64,000 bases of DNA from an uncultured cyanobacterium. GTDB taxonomy: Bacteria; Cyanobacteriota; Cyanobacteriia; Cyanobacteriales; Nostocaceae. The stretch covers positions 768,001-832,000 of the forward strand of contig CAVUDP010000002.1 of assembly GCA_963740315.1 (NCBI GenBank), written 5' to 3'. How positions within the stretch are numbered: position 1 is the first letter of the stretch; each line of letters opens with the position of its first letter. The position numbers were made by a program, and so were the translations under genes. This document shows positions 31,229 to 40,466 of this stretch, piece after piece. The notes under the pieces are model-generated. The model saw only the letters and a program-made list of their open reading frames with translations, ran no database searches and was not told where the DNA came from.

Positions 31229-33508
31229 ATGAAGCGAAATATACATTTGCTTTACGAGCTTCTGTCCCCTTGTTTCTCCTGGGGACAAGCTATACGCTCT
31301 CCTGTCTTCGGTAAAACAACGGTAATTAATATGTATAAAAAAGATAGAAAAAAAACTTTTAATCGGCTTAGTGCAGCGAAACGTTTATTAACAAGCGTAC
31401 CAGTTTTATTGCTCGCGGCTCCCAATATCGCTTTTGCTCAAAATACAGCTTTAAGTTTGAATGTAGTAGTCAACAGTAACCAAGATGGAGCAAGGATAGC
31501 TGATGATGCGCTGACATTACGCGAAGCAATTGCGATCGTCAACGGTGATTTACCTTTAGAACAACTTAGCGCAACTGAAAAATCTTTAGTATCATCTGGG
31601 AATCAACCTCGAATTACCTTCCAACTTCCTCCCGCACAAACTACGATCGCTCTGGAGAGTGTTCTCCCTCCCTTAACTGCTCCCGGATTAATAATTGACG
31701 GTACTTCTCAACCGGGTTACGACGCAAGTAAATCGGCTACCGCAGAAATTGAAATCCCAATTCCGGTGGTGGAAATAACTTCCGCTGCCGACAAAGAAGT
31801 ATTTCGCGGTTTAACTGTAGCTGCCGATAACGTCACAATTCAAGGATTGAGCGTACACGGCTTTAGTTCCAAACATCGCGACACCGCTAGTTTACCGCCA
31901 GGGGATATTATTATTGCAGATTTCAAGATGTTGCAGATCCCCCCTACCCCCCTTAAAAAGGGGGGAAATTCAAGCCCCCCTTCCCAAGGGGGGTTGGGGG
32001 GATCTCAACCTCCGAAAAATGTAACCATCCAAAATAACTGGTTGGGTATTACATCACTCGAACAATTTCCTCAGAAGACTTCGGCTTTTGGGGTTTCGGT
32101 ATTTAATGCCATAGGTACAACTATTAGCCGCAACCGCATCGCCAACCATGAAGGTAGCGGGATTATTACCGGAAAGTTAGCCGAAAATACCCAGGTAGAA
32201 CAAAATATCATTGTTGGTAACGGTATTGCTGGGGTTCCCGATGCGATTAGATTAGAAGGACAAATTGATAATTCTCAAGTTACCTCAAACCTAATTTGCG
32301 CTAACGATGGCAGCGGCGTGTACTTGTTTAAGCCTGAAGGGTCAGTACAAATACAGTCAAACAATATTAAATATAATGGTAGACGCTTGAGACGTGCGGG
32401 TGTTTATTTGATGGGTAATAATCATCAAGTAACTAACAACCAAATTACCAATCAACCCGGTACTGGAGTTGCAATTACAGCTTATCCCGACAGCAAAGGA
32501 AACATTGTTAGAGATAACAGCTTTGCCAATATTGAAGGATTGAGTATCGATCTCAACTATAGAAATACCGCCAGCGTCCGCGATTTCCAACGAGGAGACG
32601 GCCCCAACCCACCCCGAAACTCTGGAAATCGTCGTTTGGATAGCGCTAACGGTGCCATCAACGCACCAGAATTTCTCAGTTCCGAATTTATTGTTATCAA
32701 GGGTAAAGTAAATATCGATGGAAAAGCCGACCCCGGTAGCGAAATTGACATTTACCGCGTTATTCCGTCGAGCAAACAGCAAATCGATTTATACCCAGCT
32801 TATTCCGCATTAGAGGAAGTAATTGCTAGAGTTCAAGCCGACGACAAAGGTAGATTTCAAGCCAGTTTTACAAACCTACAACCAGGGGAAATGATAAGCG
32901 CGATCGCCACTTTGTCAAAATACGGAACCTCCGAACCAGCAGCGAATTCCGCGATTAAATCTGTTGGTAATTCTCAATTATTCCAAAATCCCCAACCTTT
33001 AAACGAAATTCCAAACTGTACAACTCGTCCGGTTACACCACCACCAGTAATTCCAGAACCAACACCAGAACCAACACCAGAACCAATACCCGAACCGACA
33101 CCAGAACCAATTCGTTTGAGCGTACCTAGAAATGTTCACTTTGCATTAGATAAAGACTTTATCAGTTCCAAGAGTGGAGAAATTCTAGATAAAATCGCTG
33201 TGGTAATGGAGCAATATCCCAACATAGTCATCGAACTACAGGGACATACCGACTCTCGCGCTAGCAATGCTTATAACCAAGATTTAGCAAAACGACGGGC
33301 TACAAATACGAGAAATTACTTAATTAAAAAAGGTATCGCATCGGAAAGAATGATTATTCGTTCCTTTGGTGAAAGGAAATTAAGAACAGAAGAGAATAAT
33401 GTTGTTGATTACGCACGCAACCGTCGAGTTGAAGTGTTGTTCTTAGATGTTAGGGGAATTGATATCGAATTTGAAAATCAGGAAGGAGATTTGCAGATAG
33501 AACAGTAA
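31229..33508 (+). CDS. CSLREA-type right-handed beta-helix protein with C-terminal OmpA peptidoglycan-binding domain (true start possibly 31331)
   Basis: VVNSNQDG..LTLREAI, parallel beta-helix repeats, (PEPT)n linker, VHFALDK..GHTDSRASNAYNQDLAKRRA..RNRRVE. Confidence 0.85.
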   Translation: MKRNIHLLYELLSPCFSWGQAIRSPVFGKTTVINMYKKDRKKTFNRLSAAKRLLTSVPVLLLAAPNIAFAQNTALSLNVVVNSNQDGARIADDALTLREAIAIVNGDLPLEQLSATEKSLVSSGNQPRITFQLPPAQTTIALESVLPPLTAPGLIIDGTSQPGYDASKSATAEIEIPIPVVEITSAADKEVFRGLTVAADNVTIQGLSVHGFSSKHRDTASLPPGDIIIADFKMLQIPPTPLKKGGNSSPPSQGGLGGSQPPKNVTIQNNWLGITSLEQFPQKTSAFGVSVFNAIGTTISRNRIANHEGSGIITGKLAENTQVEQNIIVGNGIAGVPDAIRLEGQIDNSQVTSNLICANDGSGVYLFKPEGSVQIQSNNIKYNGRRLRRAGVYLMGNNHQVTNNQITNQPGTGVAITAYPDSKGNIVRDNSFANIEGLSIDLNYRNTASVRDFQRGDGPNPPRNSGNRRLDSANGAINAPEFLSSEFIVIKGKVNIDGKADPGSEIDIYRVIPSSKQQIDLYPAYSALEEVIARVQADDKGRFQASFTNLQPGEMISAIATLSKYGTSEPAANSAIKSVGNSQLFQNPQPLNEIPNCTTRPVTPPPVIPEPTPEPTPEPIPEPTPEPIRLSVPRNVHFALDKDFISSKSGEILDKIAVVMEQYPNIVIELQGHTDSRASNAYNQDLAKRRATNTRNYLIKKGIASERMIIRSFGERKLRTEENNVVDYARNRRVEVLFLDVRGIDIEFENQEGDLQIEQ
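31935..32005. repeat. AGATCCCCCC...GGGGGGATCT palindromic element inserted in frame in a CDS
   Basis: Same family as intergenic copies at 8521-8554, 20627-20695, 38504-38537 and 49836-49866. Confidence 0.8.
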
Positions 33509-33696
33509 TTTCCCAAATGTAGAGACGTAGCACTGCTATATCTCTACATAAATCACATATACGACACAAATATTTTTTAAAGAGTAATTATACGGAAGTC
33601 AAAAATTATAAATAAAAATTTTAATGCCAGTTAGAAAATAAATTTTAAACCATCTTTATATTTACAAAAATTATCCGCATTAATTGGAACTAAACC

Positions 33697-36639
33697 ATGA
33701 AGTCTTTATTTAAACATTTAAGAGCGATCGCCACAAGGAATGAGAATAATGAATATAGGTACAAATTGAATGGTGTAAAAAGATTAGGAAAATTGCGCCA
33801 ATTACAACTTGGTATTTTATCTTTTTTCACAATGGCATCTGTACTGGTACTGCCGAATTCAGCAAGAGCAGCAACCACTACACTTAATTTTAATGACACA
33901 TCGCCAATTCGATTGAGCGGTAATGCATTATCTCAAGGTGCGGTTTATCGTTTTAGAAATGTGACTACTGGTGTAGACGCACTAGTAACAATTGCTCAAA
34001 TATCTAACTCAACTTTAGTATCATTAGATGATAATAGTAGTTTTTCGACTCGTTTTCAGCCAGTAATTAAGCAAATTGGGGCAAATCAAACCTCTTATAT
34101 TCGCTTTAATTTCCAGCTAGTTGTTTCTGGAACAACAACCCCGACATCTGTTCCAAATCTGTATTTCAGTTCTCAAGATACTGATGGAAATGGAGCAACT
34201 AATGGAGTCAGAGAATTTGTAGAAATTATAAATAGTCAGGTTACTTATATTCCAAATCCAACATTGTTAGTAAAGGAGTCTCCAATAGCAGGTGGTGTGA
34301 GATACCAAATAACGGATTCAAGCAATGTTCAACCTGGAATTGGAACCGACGATAGATACGAATTATATAGTTATATCGGGGCTTCTGTATCTAATTTTTC
34401 TGTTATTGGAGGTAGCTCGTCAGGTTCTAACACGGCTTGTAACAGTACTACTAATGCTGGCTGCGATCGACAAAATTCTTATACTTTTAACATCGTTGAC
34501 GTTCAACCATTAGATTTTGGGGATGCACCTTCTACTTATGAGCCTACCAGCTATGCGGCTCATCCAGTTCCCCCAACACTGAGCGTTTTCTTTGGAGCAA
34601 CTGTAGACGGTGATGATGCTCCTAACTACTCAACAAACGCTGATGGAGACGATCTTGCGGGTAGCGACGATGAAGATGGTGTAACAAGCTTTCCGGCTTT
34701 AACAACAAGCTCTACAAGTTATAGCGTTACTGCATCCTGTAAAGGAAGCAATATACCTGTCGCTGCATGGATTGATTTCAACCGAAATGGTGTTTTTGAT
34801 ACGGGTGAACGCACTTCTGGAACCTGTAATAATACCTCTGTAACCTTGAATTGGACGGGATTAACAGGACTTTCTGCTGGCAAAACCTATGCTCGTTTTC
34901 GGATTGCCAGTATTGCTTCAGAAATTACTAGTCCAAATACTACAGCTAGCAATGGTGAAGTTGAGGATTATCAAATTACGATTGCTCCTGTCATTACCAC
35001 TATCTCCGGTACAGTTTACGAAGATTTTGGTGCAAGTGGCAACAATAACAATACATTTGATAATGGTGAAGGGACTATCGGCAACGTCACCGTACAGTTA
35101 TTTAAAGATGATAATGACGATAACCAACCTGATGGTGCAGCAATTAAAACTGTAGAAACCGATTCTGCAACGGGTGCTTATCAATTCACAGAAGTTCCTT
35201 CTGGTAAGTATTTGATTCAAGTTGACACCAGAGATACCGACATTCCTAGTACTTACGCTATTGGTACACCCAACCCCATAAAAATCAATGTCTCCGCTGA
35301 TGTCACAAACCAGAATTTTGGCTTCAACACCGTCTCAAAAAGTTGCCCTCCCGGTAGTTTTCTTTCCGAACAAACATTCCTCAATTTTCAAAACCCAACT
35401 GCCGAACCCGGTACTACCGCAGGACAATACAATGTTGGTGCTGTTTACCGTTTCGCAAATGTTGCTGCCGATATTGATGCTTTAGTAGAAATTAAGGCTT
35501 TAAATAACGCTACTTTAACTGAGATAGACCTTAGCAGTTTTGGCGTACAAAGCGCTTTTCAGCCAGAAGTTAGGGCTAATTCCACCAATCAAGGTGAATA
35601 CAGCGCTGACTTTGAGATTCGCTTCGTGCAGTCTGCTACAACCACACCAGTTGAACTCAGAAAAGTGTTAGCTACAGGTATTGACATTGATGGGGATAGC
35701 GGACAAGTACGAGAATTTTCGGAGCTTGGCGGTAATCAATTTACTGATTATGCGATTGATAGTAACTCTAACTTAACCGCAACAGAGTTAAGCGCGACTA
35801 GAGTTAAGTTTGAAAGTAAAACTAGCTTTAATTTGAATAGCATTACTATCAATCCCTCAAATCAGGGAAGTGCTTTTTATGATAACAATACTCAGACAAT
35901 TAATTATCGGGCTGGTTTAATTATCGATGCTGGTAACGGTCAAAACGTTGCCAACCAAAGACTCACTTCACTTATTTTTGACTGCGTAGAATACAACCTT
36001 GCTGTTACTACTAATCCAAATGTACTATTAGTCAAACGCATCACCGCAGTCAACGGCTCAACAAGCACCTTTGACGGCGACAACTTGGCAGTATACAAAG
36101 ACGAAGCCACCAATCCCTACGATGACAATAATATAACCGTCACCAATCCTAACCCACCGACAACCCCCGCAGATACAGAGAATTGGCCAGATCCAAATAC
36201 CTTCCTAATCGGTGGAATCAACGGTGGTAAAGTAAAACCCGATGACGAATTAGAATATACTATTTACTACCTCTCCGCTGGAGATAGCGAAGCAAAGAGC
36301 GTTTTATTTTGCGATCGCGTTCCTTCTAACGTCACTTTCATCCCCAACAGTTTTAACAATCAAGCTCAAGCAACGGGAGGATTACAAAATGCAGATAGAG
36401 GCATTTTATGGTTGAAAGATGGTAATACAGAATCTTTAACTAATGCTCAAGATGGGGATTTCGGGCAATACTTTCCCCCTAGTATTGAACCTTCTACCGT
36501 TTATCCCAACATTAAATGCGACGGTGCAAATACTAACGGTGCGGTTGTTGTAAATTTGGGTGATTTACCTAACGCTACCGCTCCCGGAACACCTAATACT
36601 TCTTATGGTTTCATTAAATTTAGGGGACGAGTTAAGTAA
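33697..36639 (+). CDS. Secreted adhesin-like protein (duplicated head domain, GEVED, SdrD-B, C-terminal DUF11)
   Basis: DFGDAP..WIDFNRNGVFD..YARFRI..GEVEDY; ISGTVYED SdrD-B domain; PNVLLVKRIT..LEYTIYY..CDRVP..FIKFRGRVK. Confidence 0.82.
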   Translation: MKSLFKHLRAIATRNENNEYRYKLNGVKRLGKLRQLQLGILSFFTMASVLVLPNSARAATTTLNFNDTSPIRLSGNALSQGAVYRFRNVTTGVDALVTIAQISNSTLVSLDDNSSFSTRFQPVIKQIGANQTSYIRFNFQLVVSGTTTPTSVPNLYFSSQDTDGNGATNGVREFVEIINSQVTYIPNPTLLVKESPIAGGVRYQITDSSNVQPGIGTDDRYELYSYIGASVSNFSVIGGSSSGSNTACNSTTNAGCDRQNSYTFNIVDVQPLDFGDAPSTYEPTSYAAHPVPPTLSVFFGATVDGDDAPNYSTNADGDDLAGSDDEDGVTSFPALTTSSTSYSVTASCKGSNIPVAAWIDFNRNGVFDTGERTSGTCNNTSVTLNWTGLTGLSAGKTYARFRIASIASEITSPNTTASNGEVEDYQITIAPVITTISGTVYEDFGASGNNNNTFDNGEGTIGNVTVQLFKDDNDDNQPDGAAIKTVETDSATGAYQFTEVPSGKYLIQVDTRDTDIPSTYAIGTPNPIKINVSADVTNQNFGFNTVSKSCPPGSFLSEQTFLNFQNPTAEPGTTAGQYNVGAVYRFANVAADIDALVEIKALNNATLTEIDLSSFGVQSAFQPEVRANSTNQGEYSADFEIRFVQSATTTPVELRKVLATGIDIDGDSGQVREFSELGGNQFTDYAIDSNSNLTATELSATRVKFESKTSFNLNSITINPSNQGSAFYDNNTQTINYRAGLIIDAGNGQNVANQRLTSLIFDCVEYNLAVTTNPNVLLVKRITAVNGSTSTFDGDNLAVYKDEATNPYDDNNITVTNPNPPTTPADTENWPDPNTFLIGGINGGKVKPDDELEYTIYYLSAGDSEAKSVLFCDRVPSNVTFIPNSFNNQAQATGGLQNADRGILWLKDGNTESLTNAQDGDFGQYFPPSIEPSTVYPNIKCDGANTNGAVVVNLGDLPNATAPGTPNTSYGFIKFRGRVK

Positions 36640-37041
36640 TTTGGTGTAGAGACGCGATATATCGCGTCTCTACATTCTTTATCTATAATTTCTCAATTTC
36701 ATCAAGATTTAACCCCGTCGTTTCTACAATCAAATTAATTTCAATACCTCTGGCTTTCAAAGATTTAGCGATTTCGATTTTTGCTTGTTTCATTCCTTCT
36801 TCTTTCCCTTCTTTCCTTCCTCGTAATTCTCCCGTGACTGCTGCGCTTTCAATCACGCTCATTTCATATCTTTTATCTTCCAGATATTTTTGATATGCAG
36901 CCTTTTCTGCTTTTGATAAATTCTCAATTTTCAAATTATCTTTTGCTTGAGCTAATCCTTGGGCTTGAAATTCGTCTTTGATTTCGCTATTTTTCAAGAA
37001 ATATATCCATTCGTCTAAACTATCTTTGGCTACGTCGTTAA

Positions 37042-37863
37042 GAGGATGTTTTAAAAGTCGAACTAGGTCAAAAAATCATGCGAGTCGCCGAACCATAATA
37101 CGTATCATGGCGATATAAATAAAAGTCTCCGAGGGACAAAGCCCTTTTTCTCCAAAGGTCTAAGCACAATCTCTACAATCCATCGGAACATATCCATCAC
37201 CCAGCGCATAAAATCTTCTCCTCGGTATCCCCCATCCATCCAAATTGTATGTAATCGATTCACGCGATCGCTTCCCATATCATGAACTTGCTTGAGGACT
37301 TTTTTGGCTCCTTGACGCTCTGGAATTGAAGCGGATGTTACCAAAACTCGTAACACAAGTCCCAGTAAATCCACAGTTAGATGTCGTTTACGTCCATGTA
37401 TTTTTTTACCAGCGTCATAACCAACTTCCTGAGATATCATAGTTGCTGTTTCTACTGATTGACTGTCAACAGCAGCCTCCGAAGGACTTGGTTGACGGTC
37501 TGCCGCAACCCTAACCCACTGGTAGAGTTTGTCATGTACCATAAGCCACGTACCATCTTTCTGCCATCTACGAAAGTAGCCATAAACTGTTTGCCAAGCT
37601 GGAAAATCTCCGGGCAATGCTCGCCATGTACACCCTTGACAAAGTACGTACATAATCGCATTTATTACTGCATAAATTGGTACTTTTCTTGGACGACCAC
37701 CTGGTTTTGTCTCAGGGAATAAATCGGCAATTAATTCCCACTGCTCCCACGTCAAATTGTTAGGATATGTTTTAGTCATTGCTCGCAAGGTGCTGATGTC
37801 TTCAATTTCAGCTTAAGCCTTGTGAGCTTTTTTACAACAGCCCCCCACTTTTAAAACATCCTC
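37042..37863 (-). mobile_element. IS5-family (IS1031-group-like) insertion sequence, 822 bp
   Basis: Perfect 17-bp terminal inverted repeats GAGGATGTTTTAAAAGT (37042-37058 and 37847-37863); TAA target duplication (37039-37041, 37864-37866). Confidence 0.92.
37105..37788 (-). pseudogene. IS5-family transposase with internal deletion and frameshift near the C-terminus
   Basis: YPNNLTWEQW, GCTWRALPGDFP, AVDSQSV, GYDAGKKIHGRKRH, WMDGGY; the RWVVERTF segment is missing and the native tail SETFIYIAMIRIMVRRLA* is in another frame. Confidence 0.85.
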
Positions 37864-38605
37864 TAAAATTATTAACCCTTAAAACGTAGTATTCCGGAAA
37901 TATTTCATATACTTCTTCAATCTTAAATACTTCCTTCTGCAAATCTGAAGGTTCTAACTTATCGTTAACATGAATTCCGTAAAAATCTACTTTTCCTTTA
38001 TAAATATAATCCCTTCCTTGCCCTAATGAGAAGTAAACAATATTAATTGAATAAACTTTTTTTACTTTACTGTAAGCTTCCCCTTTACCAAGATATTCGC
38101 TAATTAATGACGATACACCATACAGCATTCGGTGGAAGTAATCATTTTCGGCGCTGTTTTGAACTTCGATTAATAGTAATTCATCTTTAGTATTTTTAGC
38201 TAAAATATCAACTCGATTTAATTTATTCTCTTCCGTCAATCGATTGCTTTCGCTTTCTAAAATAGAATCAATTTTGATATCTTCTTTTAATAACTCGCTG
38301 AGAAATCCTTCTAAAACAACGTAATTAGCTTTATCCCGCAATAGTTTTTTGATTGCCCAGTCGAAGCGAATGTATTTTTCTGCCATGATTATATTTGCGA
38401 TTAAAAGCAGAATGTTATTTTAAGTTTTATTGTAAAAGGAATTAGGCGCTCCAGGATGCCCACCCCACAATAAAAATCTTTTAAATCATTAAAAATTTAC
38501 GTAAAGCCCCCCTTTTTAAGGGGGGTTGGGGGGATCTAAACGATTGGAATAGTTATTTTATCGTTGCGGTTGCGTAAACCCTGTGATTATTTAAAGCATT
38601 ATCGA

Positions 38606-38863
38606 TTATCCACCACTGACGGGAGGAATTAATACAACTTCATCGCCATCATGTAAGAGAGTATCTGGTTCGACAAAATCTAAATTTACGCCAAATCTGG
38701 TTACATCTCGCCACTGTTCGAGTTCGGGATGTTCTTGGATCAAATGTTCTCTTACTTGCAATACTGGGGTATTTTCGGGAAATTCTAGCGTTAATTCCGG
38801 TACGTCGTATGCTTCTTGATAAGCCGCAAATAATTTAACGTTGATTTTTATAGAATTAGGCAT
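38606..38863 (-). CDS. moaD: Molybdopterin synthase sulfur carrier subunit
   Basis: VKLFAAYQE...DGDEVVLIPPVSGG. Confidence 0.88.
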   Translation of the reverse strand: MPNSIKINVKLFAAYQEAYDVPELTLEFPENTPVLQVREHLIQEHPELEQWRDVTRFGVNLDFVEPDTLLHDGDEVVLIPPVSGG

Positions 38864-39053
38864 GGGAGAATAGGTTAAAGGTCTGCACGTTAAAAGTATT
38901 GAATTTATTTAACGTTTCCTACTTTTATTTTCCATAAGAATTATTATCATCGTTCGCGGGAAGGGGATATTATTTCATTCTTTAGATAGTGTGTTATCTC
39001 CAGAGCATCTTCTAAGGTGATAAGTTAAGTTACATCGGAAAAAAGATAAGAAT

Positions 39054-39239
39054 ATGAGCGAAGATACAGCAAAAAATCAAGCTGAAAAAGAAAATCCCAA
39101 AGAAGAAGCACCAGAATTAAGTCCGGAAGTACTTGACAAAATCAAGCATCCCCCATCAATTAACAATACACTCCTGAACCAATCCCCCGACGAACTCAAA
39201 GGAAACCCCGCAGTATCCCCCGAAATGCTGGACGACTGA
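39054..39239 (+). CDS. Small acidic hypothetical protein
   Basis: 61-aa ATG ORF with purine-rich upstream sequence, upstream of the deacetylase gene. Confidence 0.5.
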   Translation: MSEDTAKNQAEKENPKEEAPELSPEVLDKIKHPPSINNTLLNQSPDELKGNPAVSPEMLDD

Positions 39240-39406
39240 AAACAGTGAACAGTGAACAGTGAGCAGTTAGGAGTTAGGACCACCGGAGTTAAGAATTAAG
39301 AAGTAAGAAGTAAGAAGTATTTTCTTCTTGTCCCCTTGTCTCCTCCTCTACCCCCTCTCCCCCCTCTACCCCCTCTCCCCCCTCTACCCATCTCCCCACA
39401 CATCCC

Positions 39407-40330
39407 ATGTTCTCTGCGATCTACTCCGACGAATTTCTCGAACACCTTACCGGAAGAGGACATCCGGAAAAGCCGGAGCGTTTAAGTGCTATTACTTCGG
39501 CTTTGAAGTCAGCTGCTTTTTCCAAGCAAATTAAATGGATCTCGCCAACTCCGGTAAACGAAAGTTCGCCGATCGCTTTGATTGAGGAAATTCATTCGCC
39601 GCGCTATATCCGTAAAGTTAAGGAGATTGCTGCCGACGGTGGTGGCTTTTTGGATACAGATACTTATGTTTCTCCTCGCAGCTATGATGTGGCTTTGTTG
39701 GCGGTGAATGCTTGGCTGGATGGGGTGGATATTGTTTTAGAAACTGGTAAACCTGCTTTTGTATTATCGCGTCCTCCGGGGCACCATGCGGAAAGCGATT
39801 ATGGTATGGGATTCTGCTTGTTTTCTAACGCCGCGATCGCAGCTTTCCACGCTTTGAAAAAACCCTCCGTTAACCGCGTCGCAATTCTTGATTGGGATGT
39901 ACATCACGGTAACGGTACTCAAGCGATCGTTGAAAATAATCCCGAAATTGCTTATTGTTCGCTGCATCAATACCCCTGTTATCCCGGAACGGGTAAATCT
40001 TCAGAACGGGGTATAAACAATAATGTATTAAATTTACCGATCCCTCCCCGTAGCGACATTAGTATTTATCAACCGGCATTTGAGAAAGAGGTATTTCCCT
40101 TCTTATCCAAGTTTCAGCCAGATTTACTCATAGTCAGCGCCGGTTACGATGCTAACGCCGCCGATCCTTTAGCAGGGATAAATTTACAACCAGAAGACTA
40201 CGGTTTATTTACGCAATATTGCTTAAAGGTAACTAGTAAAATCTTATTTGGTTTAGAAGGTGGTTATGATTTACCAACGCTTTGTCAATCGGTTTTAGCA
40301 ACCGTTGAGAAATGTTTGGAACGGGGATAA
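39407..40330 (+). CDS. Histone deacetylase-family protein
   Basis: HPEKPERL, RPPGHHA, GFCLFSN, DWDVHHGNGTQ, SAGYDA, LEGGY. Confidence 0.95.
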   Translation: MFSAIYSDEFLEHLTGRGHPEKPERLSAITSALKSAAFSKQIKWISPTPVNESSPIALIEEIHSPRYIRKVKEIAADGGGFLDTDTYVSPRSYDVALLAVNAWLDGVDIVLETGKPAFVLSRPPGHHAESDYGMGFCLFSNAAIAAFHALKKPSVNRVAILDWDVHHGNGTQAIVENNPEIAYCSLHQYPCYPGTGKSSERGINNNVLNLPIPPRSDISIYQPAFEKEVFPFLSKFQPDLLIVSAGYDANAADPLAGINLQPEDYGLFTQYCLKVTSKILFGLEGGYDLPTLCQSVLATVEKCLERG

Positions 40331-40466
40331 GGGATTGGGAGAGGGGGTAGAGGGGGAAGAGGGGGAAGAGGGGGTAGAGGGGGTAGAGGGGGAGATGGCG
40401 GGACAAAAATTAACTCCTAACTCCTAACAACTAACAACTAACTCCTAACTCCGGTGGTCCTAACTC

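Larger units (their letters stand above)
36683..38386 (-). pseudogene. Rpn-family PD-(D/E)XK nuclease gene split by an IS5-family insertion
   Basis: IRFDWAIKKLLR..RVDILAK..LLIEVQ N-terminal half; removing the IS and one TAA restores LRVNNF|NDVAKDSLDEWIYFLKNSEIK in frame with the 36683-36997 ORF. Confidence 0.9.

Noticed and set aside
39328..39534. 68-aa ORF, and the similar ORF at 56368-56562
   Set aside because: Translations of purine/pyrimidine STRR tracts and palindromic repeats
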